Assembly (NCBI GenBank): GCA_012295275.1
Contig: CM022676.1
Location: 124,001-188,000, forward strand
DNA length: 64,000 nt
Reading direction: 5' to 3'
Source: Chrysomallon squamiferum
Taxonomy: Eukaryota; Animalia; Mollusca
In this document: one piece after another, positions 1 through 14,375 of the stretch
Layout: each line of letters begins with the position of its first letter
How positions within the stretch are numbered: the stretch's first letter is position 1
Made by a program: the position numbers and the translations under genes
Notes under the pieces: model-generated
What the model saw: only the letters and a program-made list of their open reading frames with translations
Databases searched by the model: none
What the model was told of the DNA's origin: nothing

Positions 1-399
1 CTCTTTATGTGTGTGTGTTTAAGTGTGATTGTGTGTGTCACGGGGATTCCATTCAGCTGTAAATACTGTCTCTGGCAGATTACTACTTGAGTTGGCTTCG
101 CTCTCCAGTGGTATCCGATATAGGATCTATGTATAAAGTAGCACGTTTCTGTCCACAAAATAAACAAGAAAAAAAGAAAAAAAAAACGCAAGACACTTTT
201 AAAACTGTATTAGAACAAGCGCCGAACATTCAGTATAGCAGTACCAGAATAATGGTAATTTGTCAGTACAAATAGTAGCTTACCCACGTTTTCAGTGCGT
301 TCAGTGGACAGGGACCGTTCCCCTGGAATCGTTCCACAGTTCTTCCTTTACAAAAATCAACAATAACAATAACAAACACACAAACTCAGTTTTTTTATT

Positions 400-620
400 T
401 ATTTAAAAAGAAAAGGGAATGGCGTTATTTGTCAATGCGGTTCGAACCTTACCGCTAGACGTATGGTGACAGATCATTCTGCGAAACGAAAGCCAGAGGC
501 GGTAATTAATCCCGCTTGTCACGACACGACTCTCACCTTTCATACCCCTTACCCAAGGAATGTCTGCGGATTCGGGACACGGATTCATATATTCATTCGT
601 GTGTTTAGTTACAGCTGTTC
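400..620. mobile_element. Possible degenerate SINE fragment
   Basis: GC-richer island loosely resembling molluscan SINE core sequence from memory; no A/B boxes or TSD verified. Confidence 0.2.
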
Positions 621-2201
621 TGGTATGAACTTCTATACATTTATATTTTGATAAATTCTTCAGGCAATTCAGAATTGGTGAAATAAATATCTTTAGTGTC
701 TTCAATATAATACAGAAAAATAATTGATTGATCAAGTATAAAATAAAAATCATATTATTAACGATATTTATTAGAATAATACTAAGGGTGTCTACAAAAC
801 GCAACCATTTATCAATATGGGCGAGTCTGAATCTTAACTATTAAACAGTTAATGAATATGAATTTTAATATAATCCTGTCCCTTATCGCTTCATAGTTTT
901 AATGAAAAAATATTTTGTAGTGTGAATCTCTAAGTAAAGAACAGTTTTTACTTTTGTCTTAGTCGTTCAACATTTTTCACACAAAAAGTAAGTTTCACTA
1001 GTTACCACTATATGACAGATACAGAATCGTCACATTTTACCTATAATTCTTTTTTGTTCATTTCCTTGACTATTTCCAAAACAAATTAATTCCAATTCAA
1101 AAAGAAACATCTTCAAGAAAGAAGTTAATGACTCATGTGTTGTACAGTCTGATATTTAACTATTTTCTAAAGAACTGATTCATGATGGGAATTACCAAGG
1201 TAAAGCTATAACCATACACCGATAAATTCTAGGTGACTTCGGGATGATTTTCAATATCTGTGATCATGATCTTTATCATCAGTCAGTTCACCACATACTA
1301 TTTCTTACACAGAAACAACTTCATTTTATGTCAGCGTACACAATGAAGCATCCGTCCTTAATTTTAATATATTTTATTATATATTCTGTTGTCCGTGCAT
1401 CTGAATTATGCTATAATGTATGCAGTTGGTTTAAATTAGCTGTGCGGTCACAAAATACTTCTATTATTTGTTTAAGTCTGTATGCCTGTCAGTTTATGGA
1501 TTGTCATAGAGTTTGATCTAGAATGAGATATAAAATATTTTGAACGAATTCATTTTTGATATGTCTGAACTGATATAGTTGACCTCACAGGATGAGGCAT
1601 ATTTGATGTTATTAATTAAGAAACGCAATCCATTTATCACTACAATTTATTTAATAGTCTGGGTAATATATAAACAAAATATTTAACACAAATTTATAAG
1701 TGCAGTAATTTACAACATAGTCGTTCTAAAAAAAACATTGTCTCGTTATCTTTTCTCCCATCTGACACATAACCGTAATACAAAGCGTGTCTGTTAAATC
1801 GGCGTCTGAACTCTAATCCACTTTGTCCTGACACTCGCTAATAAAGAATACGTTTTACAGTCGTTTTATGTGTATGCCAAACAGCTGACGGCAAGTGCGT
1901 GTGTCTCTGCTGTGTGTGTGCGTGTGTGCGCGTGTGTGTGTTTGTGAGTGTACCTACAGAGTGTGATATACACATACATATTGATTTAGAAATGTAACAA
2001 AAAGCATTTTATGTTCTATATAAATGGCACGTAGTATTTTTATTTTTATGTAATTATGCAAAAATCCGTGTTTCTCAGAGCGAAGCAGACACAAACACAG
2101 AATGTTGAAAGAAAAACTGGTGCTGGTTATTGCTGATCAGTCTCTTGTAGATGCTAACAAACCTGAAAAGTGTCCGCCTTTAGATCTCCCTGTGTGCAAG
2201 T

Positions 2202-2447
2202 GAAACTAATGAAAACAAGTACACACATTTTTATTTTCTAGTGTACGTCCATTTTCTGTACTCGTATGTTTAACAAAATAATAATTCAAACGAACTAATT
2301 TATTGTATATCACTATCAAAAATCTGTATCTAGAGAGGCTGTGGATGACTAACGTTTCTGTGTGGTGGATATTTCAAAATTCAAGGAAAGTAAAAATAGA
2401 ATATGGAATCAGCTATCCAGAAATGTGTACTTGTTTTCATTAGTTTC
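2202..2447. mobile_element. Putative MITE (about 246 bp) with about 24-bp terminal inverted repeats
   Basis: gaaactaatgaaaacaagtacaca at 2202-2225 and its reverse complement at 2424-2447; non-coding interior; no clear TSD. Confidence 0.6.
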
Positions 2448-3846
2448 CATTATATATGTAAACTAGTCATTCTAGTGATCATTGTAATCATCATCATATT
2501 GCTATTTATTTATTTACTTATTTATTTATTTATTTATTATTTCTGCCGTTATTTAAATGTTTTGATGACGAATTTGCTTTAATGTGTCGTAATTGTTCGT
2601 CTGTAAATTTTTAGAGATTGTAGCAAAAACTTAAGTCAAAATTTCATTATCGTTAGAAACTGCCTACCATGAGACGAGTAATACAAAACTTGGAGAGGGA
2701 AAGTGAAACAAAAATATTCAATCTGAATCTGAAGAATCTTACATTGTTCATTTGTGGGCAAAGGAAAGAAGCAACCTCAGTTTCCAAACCAGGAGGAATT
2801 GAATGATCTGTGTTTGACAAGTTTAATGTAGTGTCTCTAATATCAACATTGGGAAATTTTTAGAAAGCAGATATCACGTGACTGCTGCTAGCAGGCGATG
2901 TGAAAAGTTATAAGATTGATTGTTTATACTATGACGTTGTCGTTTTGGTTTAGAACACTGGTGAATTTGCAAATGTTCTATACATAATTAATGTCTTAAA
3001 TCAGTTGTTTTCTGCAATGAAAATCATCATCCATAACAGTAATTGGCATTCTGCGTTTCTAGAAGAAGACTAAGAAAATATTAAATATCTTTAAAGAGTT
3101 AGTATCTGGCTTTCTCGAAAGGACTGAAAGTGGTTATACAGTTTTATTTTATTTTCTCTTTCTACATCGCAACATTATCAGAAAATACTTAACTTTAATT
3201 TATTACGTCACACAAAATATAAAGATTAATTTATTGTAGAATCAGGAAGAACTCTTAAGCACATCTTCTGAAAGAGTCAAAACTATAAGGAAAACCGAAT
3301 ATGGTATTTTCACCAGAATAATTTGTAATTATTTTTGTTCACTTATTCCATGCACAACAGAATACACACAGAATACACACAATGGTTTTAAAATCACCTG
3401 CAGATGGTTTTCCTTTTGTGAGAAAAATCTCATAAATTCCCAAACATTTTACAGTAACGAAAGCATGAAATAAAATAAATTACTTAAAATCTTTCAGCCA
3501 GTTTTTAGTAAGTTTACTTATTTATTCAAAAGTCATATTTTCTATGCATGTTTAGTTAGTGTTTAAACAGTGTTCAGTTTTAAATGATTTTATTAATTTT
3601 ATAGAAAGTTTATTAAAAAAAAGATACTGCACTGAAAGATGTTCGTGTTGATTCTTAACAAAATACTCTGTAGACTAAACTTACTTTAGTTTTACTTTTC
3701 TTTATCTGTACGTGAAGGAGCACTGCGGTTACAAAGTACACCGGGTCAGTCAAGATAACACGTAGTTAAACACACAAATCAGGACGTAAATTAGACTAGT
3801 TGCGTTTGACGGAGACAAACTCGTCTGTTCAGTTTCTAGATGAGAA

Positions 3847-3904
3847 ATGTTTTTCTTTTCATACATTTGGATTGTTTTACTTGTTACACCTACAGTCGTT
3901 TCAG
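3847..3904 (+). CDS. Exon 1, signal peptide [19 protein letters not shown]
   Basis: ATG at 3847, hydrophobic core, small residues at the cleavage end, and phase-1 donor TCAG|gtatgt matching the phase-1 SRCR exon. Confidence 0.75.
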
Positions 3905-4742
3905 GTATGTCATATTATTTTTAATATTTATAGTTATTACAAGAAAAAATATTGAATAATAATAACACATCTACTATTTATCCGATAAACTTAAAATGTC
4001 AAATCATAACAAAATGCCGATAATTATTATTACTAGTATTATTGGGTTTTTTTATTTTTACTATTTATTTCTACACATGCCCAGACATTTGTCAGATTAA
4101 CAATGAATTTGTCAGATCGTTGTAAATAACATCCGGGTATATCTCTGTTTATCTCACGTACCAGTGACATACGATATTTATCTGACCTACATAACCAACA
4201 AACACTGACTTTATATACTGGTCTTGCGAGCATCGTCACAGAAATATGTACAACGAAACGTTTGGAAAAACCTAACAAACATTTCATATCATCTTTTCTT
4301 ATGCTGTCATTTTTCGACTAAGAAGTAGTAAACTGCACATAGAGAAACAAGAAGTCACAGGTGCAAATTAATTAAAATTAATCTATAATATTATGTATAC
4401 CTACCTACATGATTATTTTACATATGTAACAGTTAAATGCAGGATGTAAAATACACACGAAGTGTAAAACTATTGATCATTCCTTGCTTTAATAAGTTAT
4501 AACTGAAAAATCTGAAATCTATTTCACAAGTACATACCTCTATTATTCGTGTAGGTGGGATAAACAGTCGATACATTTTAATATAATTATCTTATGTCAG
4601 ACAGTGAGACCGCTTAGGAACTGTCAAACAGTTAGATATAGTATTATCACATAATGCAGGCAGCTAGATTCAGTCTTTTCTTTTATAAAATAAAACTGCA
4701 AATCTGACCACAGTATATTTGTATTTGTATTCATAATTTTGA

Positions 4743-4780
<38 letters not shown>

Positions 4781-7307
4781 TATTATTACTATTATAAAAC
4801 TGTTATATAATGACAACACAGAATTGTTTAGAAATCACTGAGAACTTTATTTTAATCATTCACGGGAGGTCTCAGTGTATATTGTGAACAGAGTAGGTGT
4901 ATGAAGTTGTTATTGTTTGTCGCCTCTAGGGAATGTAAGCGTTTCGATGCACTGTGATTGGGATTAGTAAATTGAGACGGTAATGTATTGTGTGATGGTA
5001 AAATACCAAACTCCTCCACTAGATACACAAACCATCAACAAACACTATTTATTAATTCACAAACGTCGCTTGAAATAAAACAAAGGAAAGTAAGCCTAAA
5101 TAAATTATTTATGGTTTTGGGGAAACCTAATTTAAAATACAGAATCAGACAGCTGAAACCTATTTAAAGATCTAAATAATTATTTTAAGATATAACGTTA
5201 ACACATTTCATAACTGTGTTTTCTCATAAAATTAACAATAATTCGGCCGCTAATTAACTTAATTTAAAACAACCCCCCCCCCAAAATCCAGCTACCTTCT
5301 TATAGTTTATTGTTTTGAAAAAAGGCTTAACACAAATTAAATTATTTACTTATGTAGGTATTCAAAGGAAGCTATTTAACAGGCTGTCTCCTAATTTTAC
5401 CTGAAGCCCATTTCTGTAACAATATTTGTTCCCGTTGTACAACGTTAACAGTGAATGTTCCACAAATCAGAATTACTGTAAACAGTAACATTAAAATACA
5501 TATTAATAGCAAAATAACTCGAATTACAGCTGTTTACATAACTGTATGTAATAGTAAAATAACTAAAATTTCTTACGTTTACATCACTATATGTAGTATA
5601 GGAAATTAAGTGTTAATAACCAATTAATTCAAATTACAGCTGTTTATATCACTGTATGTAATAATGTTAAAATACGTGATAAATGTGAAAAAATAAGTAA
5701 AATTACAGATGTTTACATCACTGTAAGAAGTAATATTAAAATAAATATTAATAACGAACTAACTGAAATTACAGTCTAGCAGATGAACATAAAATAAATA
5801 ATATAAATGTTTTTATTTTTATTTTTCCCCATGTCGTTTGTTATTTTATCACATCGATTTCGCAACTTACTTACCAAAAGTTCTCAAAAATGTTTTCGTT
5901 AATTTATGTGTCTGTGTGTATGTGTGTGTGTTGCTTGTATTTTCTTTACTCAAAACGTATAAATAAATTTTAAAAAAAAGTTGATAATTTAATTTTGTGA
6001 ACAAATTGTAGATTTTTATATAAATTTTATTTCAGCACGAGTACGTTTAGTGAATGGAAGAGGAAAACCAACACAAGGTCGAGTTGAGATTCAAGTAAAC
6101 GGGACGTGGGGGACAATCTGTGATGATGATTTTGACGATAAAGATGCTTCTGTTTTATGTCACATGTTAGGATTTAGTCGGTGATTGTTTTATTTATTTA
6201 TTTACCTTGATCAGTGTGTAAAAATTAACAATAATAGTAACAGTTATAACATGATTATGATGATGATTATTATGAGAACAATGGCAATTAATCCGGTAAT
6301 TAAGAATGATATTTCCTTGACAATACACTTTTAGGGTCTCGGCATTAATGTCTTAAAAATAAACTTTCTCAGAAAATAAGGTCGTCTTCTGAAAACATTG
6401 ACTTAAATCAAAACATCTGCTTCTTTACAGTTTGAAAAATGATAATACTGATTTCGTTTGACAGTTTTAATGCCAAGTCATATCAAACGGCTTACTTTGG
6501 AGAAGGAACTGGACGAATATGGGTTGATGATCTGAGATGTAATGGACATGAAGTCACTGTTGAAATGTGTTCATTTCCTGGCTGGGGTAATCACAACTGT
6601 GGTCACTCAGAGGATGCTAGTATCAGCTGTCAATGTCAGTTTACATCTGACTTTTTATTTTATTTCATTTTATTTTATTTTATTTTATTGTATTTTATTT
6701 ACTTGTTCATCAATAACTTTATGTGTAGGGAGTTGTATAAAAATTATCTTCTGGGCAACTTTTTTTTTGCGTATATAAATTGAAATATGACTAAGCTTCG
6801 GCTTTATGAAAGTGTTGGTATAAATCACTGTTATTTAACACTCTCTCCTAATTTAATCTTTAAATTGTTTTGATGGTCTACGCTGTCAAACAGTTGTTTT
6901 TTTCCAAACTATGAGACTTTCTGTATAACATTACTACATCACAAAGTGACAAACAATTCGGATTTGTAGTCGTTGTTAACCGATATTAAATTAACTCCTG
7001 ATCCAGTCCACAAATATCTTAAAAGGAATTCGAATATCCAAAACAAAATAATTACAAATTTCTGCTTGAAGAACAAAGAAAAACTATTTTTAAAATCAAA
7101 CTGTTAAACAACTCACACATTCTACGTGAAGTGAACAACTCCAAGTCAGTGGAGTACAGCTGGAATGAAGCTGGATGTCTGGATACAGGATTTTACACTT
7201 GTGAAGATGAAACAACATCAAGTCTGATGTCAATCAAAGTGTGCAATTTGTTGTCAAATGTAACTATGATGTCTTAAATGAAGCAAATAGCCACGCTGAA
7301 ACACACA

Positions 7308-7348
<41 letters not shown>

Positions 7349-10300
7349 ATTCAAATATACTTAAATATAAACACATGCATACAAAAAATGGGTAAAGGCA
7401 AAGAACATCCTCTTCTTTTTTTTATTTATTTATTTATTTTTATTTTATTTTTTTTGAGATAGTACTGATGGTTTGAATGGTATCATTATACGCCTACGCA
7501 TTGCGGCTGAACGGGGTGTTATACGTTTGATTCCTGTCAGCGACATCTGACGTTTGTGAGGTCGAGATTGGATCTAAGGACAGAGACATATACAAAATGC
7601 ATGCGTCTAATGTTCCTGATGTCATCTTTGCACTTTGTCCTCCTCTGTCAGTGCATTCCCATAGTTTGTCTACTCGAAAGTGTAATCAGAATATTCATTC
7701 TTAAATAAATACTGAACACAGAAACACCTACAAACAGACAGAGGAACGGAGAGACAAGGACATATGTACATACATAGAGGTATTGATTGTCTTTTCAGGT
7801 TCACCAAGACTGGATCACGGATTTATGTTTCCACATAGATTCGGAACATCAATCGGTGCCGACATAACTCTGAAAATTTACGTAATTGCGCATCCAGCCC
7901 CTACATTTACGTGGTACAAATTAACAGGTGGCATTGCCTACAGATTTGGACACGGCACATCGATTACAAATGAAACATCTGCACTAGGGTTTTACAGTTT
8001 AACTAACATTCAGATTGCAGACTTTGGAATCTATCAAGTTGTAGTTGAAAATGGATGTCCGAGAGAAGAACTTATGAGAAATTACACAATTATTGCTGAA
8101 GGTATTATTTTACATTTTTCTATTATTAGCCCATTTCAGAAACAAATTATCTTCTTGTATTTCTCCCTCTATTTCTTGGAATTTTTGTATCAAATTATTG
8201 TTTTAAATGGATGTTTTCATGAAGAACTTGTGAGAAATTAAACAATTATTGCTGCAGGTATATCTCATATCTGGCCTGTTCCGGAAAGTTCCAATCGTTT
8301 TGTCTTTCTCCTTTCTTGTGTTATTTATTTCGTACAAAATCGTATTTTAGATGACAGTGCTCTCTTTTTAAAGCATATTTTAGAGTTAATTAGCCTGACT
8401 GTCATTTTCACTGCAAGGTCCACCTAGCATTCCTTCCAAAGTGAACGTAAAGAGAGTCAGTTTTTCCTCCATCTCAGTGACTTGGACAGAGGAATTTAAC
8501 GGCGGCTCCGTGCAAACATTCATAGTACAGTACAGAGAAAGCACGTCAACACACTGGAACAACGTCACAGTAAAATTTCGAGAACGTGGTCTACATACAA
8601 CCCATACAGCAGTGATAGAGTATTTGAAGACATACACGAAGTATCTTGTGAGGATTTGTGCTTATAATAATTTTGGAGATAAAGGTTTTACAGATGAAGA
8701 AGAAGTTTTTTCTGCAGGTAAGAATTTCTTCAATAACTAACTAACTAAGTAACTACTTAATCTAAATAAATAAATAAAATGAAATACAATTAAACAAATA
8801 AATAGATAAATAAATAAGTTAAAACACTATTTAGTTTTTTCTATTTCGTTATTGTCCGTTCGATTTATTTTTAGGAATTTACTGTAATTCTGATGCATTC
8901 GAAACTATTATATTTAAGACAATAAAGATACTTTTCCATTAACTAGATTTAAATCAGTATTATGTGTTTTGATTCTTAATGTGTACTATGCAGATAACAA
9001 ACTACAGTCTAAATATATCCCGTACACCTTCAAGTTTTTTATATATTTATTTATGTATTTGTTTATGTGTTTGTTTGTTTGTTTTTTTATTTATTGTACC
9101 AGGTCCACCGCGCATTCCTTCCAATGTGAACGTAAAGAGAGTCAGTTCTTCCTCCATCTCAGTGTCTTGGACAGAGGAATATAACGGCGGTTCCGTGCAA
9201 ACATTCATAGTACAGTACAGAGAAAGCACGTCAACACAGTGGAACAACGTCACAGAGACATTTCTAGAACGTGGTCTACATACAACGCATACAACAGCGA
9301 TAGTTTCACTGAAATCATACACGAAGTATCTTGTGAGGATTTTAGCTTATAACAAATATGGAGTAAATGGTTTTACAGATGAAGAAGAGGTTTTCACTGC
9401 AGGTAAGAATTTCTTCAATAATTAACTAACTAACTAATATAAATAAATAAATTAATTAATAAGTTCAGACACCTTTCAGTTTTGACGTTTCGTTCTTATC
9501 CATTTTCAATTTTTGTCGAGGAATTTACTTTCATTCTGATGCATTCAAAACCTGAAACTCTTCTATGTAAAGAAAATAGAGACATGCCTACATTATTGAC
9601 TAGATTTCAAGTCAGTATTATGTGTTTAGAATTTTAAAATTTGCTATGCTGATGACAAAGTATAGTCTAATCTACAAGTCTTGGTTTATTTATTCATTTG
9701 TTTATTTATTTATTTATTATACCAGCTCCACCGAGCATTCCTTCCAATGTGAACGTTCAGAGAGTCAGTTCTTCCTCCATCTCAGTGTCTTGGACAGAGG
9801 AATATAACGGCGGGTCCGTGCAAACATTCATTGTACAGTACAGAGAAAGCACGTCAACACAGTGGAACAACGTCAGCGGGAAAGTATTAGAACATGGTCT
9901 ACACACAACCCATAGAATAATAATAGCATCTCTGAAATCACACACGAAGTATCTTGTGAGGATTTTGGCTTATAACAAATACGGAGATAAAAGTTTTACA
10001 GAGGAGAGGGACATTGTGACAGCAGGTGCGTAAACTAATAATGAGATATTATACACTTCAGTACAGTTATGTATCATATCATTTTATTTGTTTACAGTCT
10101 TGACTAGCCTGCAAACACTTACATGTTATATGTTATTAACACCAGTTTTAACTTGTACGTGTGAAAACAAATTGTGCAAGTCATGATGTATAGTGTTAAC
10201 AACAATTATGATGATGTTCTTGTTTTCCTATACAGGTAGATATCATAAAGTTTTATTTGTTGTAGTATGTGTTTAAATAAAAACGCGTTTTTCTTTTTTT

Positions 10301-13300
10301 TCTTAGCCGTCTTATTTTTGTTTTAACTTCTATATTTAAAAACAAATTATACAAGTGATAATGGATATAAATATCTTAATAATAATATGGAGGATCTTCA
10401 AGTATTTATATGTTCTTTATCCTGTTTATTTATTTATTGATATATATATATATACATATATGAACAGTTCAATTGCAAAACGCGATAAACGCCAAAATCA
10501 AAATTTAAAAAACAAAACGGCACGAAATGTTCAGTTTTTGACGGCTGTTCAACGCCCTATAATCATTTTCTCCAAAATTCTCTACCCGCCGCTGATTTAC
10601 GCTGTAGACTGTAGACCTTCCTTATGTAACGCCATAAATAAGTTAACACACCATTTAGTTTTGTTATTTAGTCCTTACCCGTGTTGGACTTCCTAACTGT
10701 TATTCATTCGAAATTGAAACTTTCTATGAAAAGAAAATAGAGACATGCCTACATTAACTACATTTCAAGTCAGTATTGCGTGTCTATATTTTTAAAATCA
10801 GCTATACTGATAACAAAGTATAGTCTATCTCGCAAACCTTCAAGTTTTATATATTTATTTGTTTATTTGTTTGTTTGTTTGTTTTACCAGGTCCACCGAG
10901 GATTCCTTCCAATGTGAACATAAAGAGAATCAGCTCTTCTGCCATCTCAGTGTCTTGGACAGAGGAATTTAACGGCGGCTTCCTGCAAACATTCATTGTA
11001 CAGTACAGAGAAAGTAGGTCAGCACAGTGGAACAATGTCACAGAGAAATTTCTAGAACGTGGTCTATATACAACGCATACAACAGTGATAGCGCCTCTGA
11101 AATCAGACACGAAGTATCTTGTGAGGATTTTGGCTTATAACAAATTCGGAGATAAAGGTTTTACAGATGAGAGGGATATTTTGACAGCAGGTACGTATAC
11201 TAATAATGAGGAACAAGCACTTCAGTACAGTTATGTATCATATCATTTTATTTGTTTCCGTTCTTGTTATGTCGTGTATTTTATCAGCAAGATTTAAGAA
11301 ATTGCGAGTTAATAATGTCCAATAGTAATAATAATGCAGATGTTGTAATATTCATATTGTAATCTTTTTGTTGTTTTGTTATAAAACGTTATACAATTTC
11401 TATTTTTATTTAACTGAAAATACCTTTTATTTTATCTTAGCAGACGGTTTTTTGTATTCACACACAAACGCACACACACTTATATATATATATATCTTGT
11501 ACATGCGAATGGCTGGATGAATTCATGAATGCGTTAATGTTTAACAAAAAAACACCTGTCAGACACAGGTATAAATATTATTCATATTGAAAATGAAATA
11601 GTAAAACAATTTTAAAAGTTCTAAAGTAAAGAGCGTTACCAGCTGTGCACAATACAATTTAAACTTAAAATTTGTTATAGAAGGAAGTTTTCTTTCAAAA
11701 AGTTAGTAAAATAGTCTAACAATTCCGACCACATCATGTCTATCAAATATGTCGTTCCTGGCCTCAGCAAAAAGCTTTGTTTCAATGCACTGACAATGTT
11801 TACCCTGAGATTGAACATTTTTAAGACATACGAGTGATTCAAATGTGCATTACGGGATGCGGGCACGTCACGATACATTTTCATCCTTTATTCTGGCTTA
11901 ACCGACTGATGGTGATAAAATGTTTGTGTGTTTTAAGAAAAGTCACATGAAGACAAAGTGTAAAGAAATTGTGTGTAACAACTGTAAGATTCAAATCGTC
12001 ATAGATGACTTCGCCCCCCCCCCTGACAAGTCCATTGAATGATTTTACGAATGTTATTTTCGATTTTTCCTTCTGAATTTGATATTGTTATTGTTGTTTT
12101 CTTTGTTTGTTTGTTGATGTTTTTGTTATCTGTAGAAGATTTAGTGACGCTGCATATATGTTTTCTTCCACAGTTTTCGTTTCTAGCTGGAGGTAGCAAG
12201 AATTAAATGACTGAGATGTTTGTGATGTTTTAGGAAAAAAAAATGACTGGGCTGCTTCTTCCTCTTTCCAATTTTCCTTTTATGTTTGTTTCTCAGCATT
12301 TTCATTTTCATTTTCTGTAGCTGGGTTCATTTTATCGTAGGGTAATAACAATATTACCTGCAAAATCTTTTGTAGAAACGTTGACGGCGGCAGCATGAGA
12401 CTACAGATGGTGTTGATGTTTCCTTTAATTGCCTGGCTTCTTCGCACTGGTGCCTCTAGTATTTACCCATTGAACCTGTTTCTCAATTTTCCATCTTGCA
12501 CATGTAAAATTATTACCCTTACAGCTGATACACTTCATTTCATTTGTGCATATTTTGGTTTCATGTCTAACTGGCGATAATGGACAAAGGTCGTCTTGCT
12601 GAATCAACAGAAAGGATTTGGAATTCAGGATTCAACAGGACACTGAGATAAACGGCTTTAACTGACCTGATATCATTGTATTCTTTCATTGTTTTATCGA
12701 ATGTTAAATTTGTTCTCTGATGTTTGATCTTAAGATATCAAATTCATCAGCTCCAGCCAAATCTCGAGATTTTGCCACTACCTTGGTAGAATTAAATTTG
12801 TTCAAGAATTCAGAAGGTTGTAGTCCACTTTACCTTTTCATTAAATTTATTCAAGGATTGTTCTTATCAACTGCCAAAGAATCCAAAACTTCGATGTCGA
12901 CCTATTAAGTGTCCGATACAGAAAATAAATGTTACTGCGTTTTTATTTTTTACTTATTATTTAGGATATTTATTTGGTTTGTGTATTCAATAAACATGTC
13001 CCCACCATTCACAGAGTCCAATAAGGGACCACTGCCTGTAACCTGCATTTAGTCATGCCAAGGACAGGTGGCTGCTATACTTGGATTAATTATACTGCAT
13101 CACCTTTTAACCCTCCCTAGCCACTACACCTATAGCAACAGATACGGGAACTCCGGGCAAAGTGGGTTATTGTCTTGGCCACAGACATTAACCATGATTC
13201 AACCACCAGGATTCAATCGTCCACTTCAGGGTCGCATCTCATGGCAAACAAGGAGACTGGAGAAGTTACTGGCATTTTTATGAGCATGTTCACCCCTGCA

Positions 13301-13363
13301 CCATGGGGAGGTTCCTGCAAACGCCAGGGTTTAAAACAGATTGTACAAGTGATGTAACTTTAA

Positions 13364-13418
<55 letters not shown>

Positions 13419-14331
13419 GGAATAATAATAATGGTGATGTTCTGGTATTTATCTGTATTGCTTTACAAATGCAGGTTAAGATCATATACTTTTATTTGTT
13501 TGTAGTATGTATATTTAACTTAAAACATTTTTATTTTATTTATTTTTTAATCTTAGCAATGTTTTTTTGTTTTTTTAACTCGAACCTTAGAAAATAATTT
13601 TGTATATAAATAATTTTAGTTTACTAACTTATTTTATGAGACCGTGAAGCGTTTACAAAAGCGACATTATACATAAACAATGATCTTTTTATTCATTTTC
13701 TTTTTATTATTTTAAATTAGATTTAATATTTATTGTTTATACTTGTTTCCGTTTACAACTTAGTCTTCTTCTTCTTCTCTGTGTTTGTTCGATGGACTAA
13801 TTTCATATTTGTCAGTTTTAGTGTCACTTATACTCAAGTTTTCATTGATAGTATTTGTTTATTCATTCATTTACAAAAGTCTGATAATGTCATCTCTTTC
13901 ATTTGTTCCTTGATATCTTGTAATTTGTGTTTGAATATATTTACATATGCATGTAAATACAATGTGTGATATATTGGTTTTCAGTTTAACAAGTGTTGTT
14001 TCAGATGATGTATCTAATGAAAATGTGATAGCAGCGGCTGTTGGATCTGGATCAGGGATTCTCGTTTTAACTCTTCTTGTTATCGCAACTATTTTCATAT
14101 GTCGCAGACTGAGGAAAGGTTCGTAATGTTTATTTACTTGTTGTTTGTAATGTACGTATATGTTTTTGAGTGCATCTGCGTGTTTGTGTGTCTGTCCATC
14201 GGGGCAAGTATGTATATGTCAGAAAAACTAATAATCTGAGCTGATTAGAACAACACTTTCAAAAATAAGAAAATTAAATTTATTATAAGATTTGCAATTT
14301 CATCATTATCATTTTCATTACTACTACTAAA

Positions 14332-14375
<44 letters not shown>

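Noticed and set aside
8386-11110. Antisense ORFs over the FN3 exons (also 23078-23263 and 13871-14098)
   Set aside because: Shadow frames of real exons.
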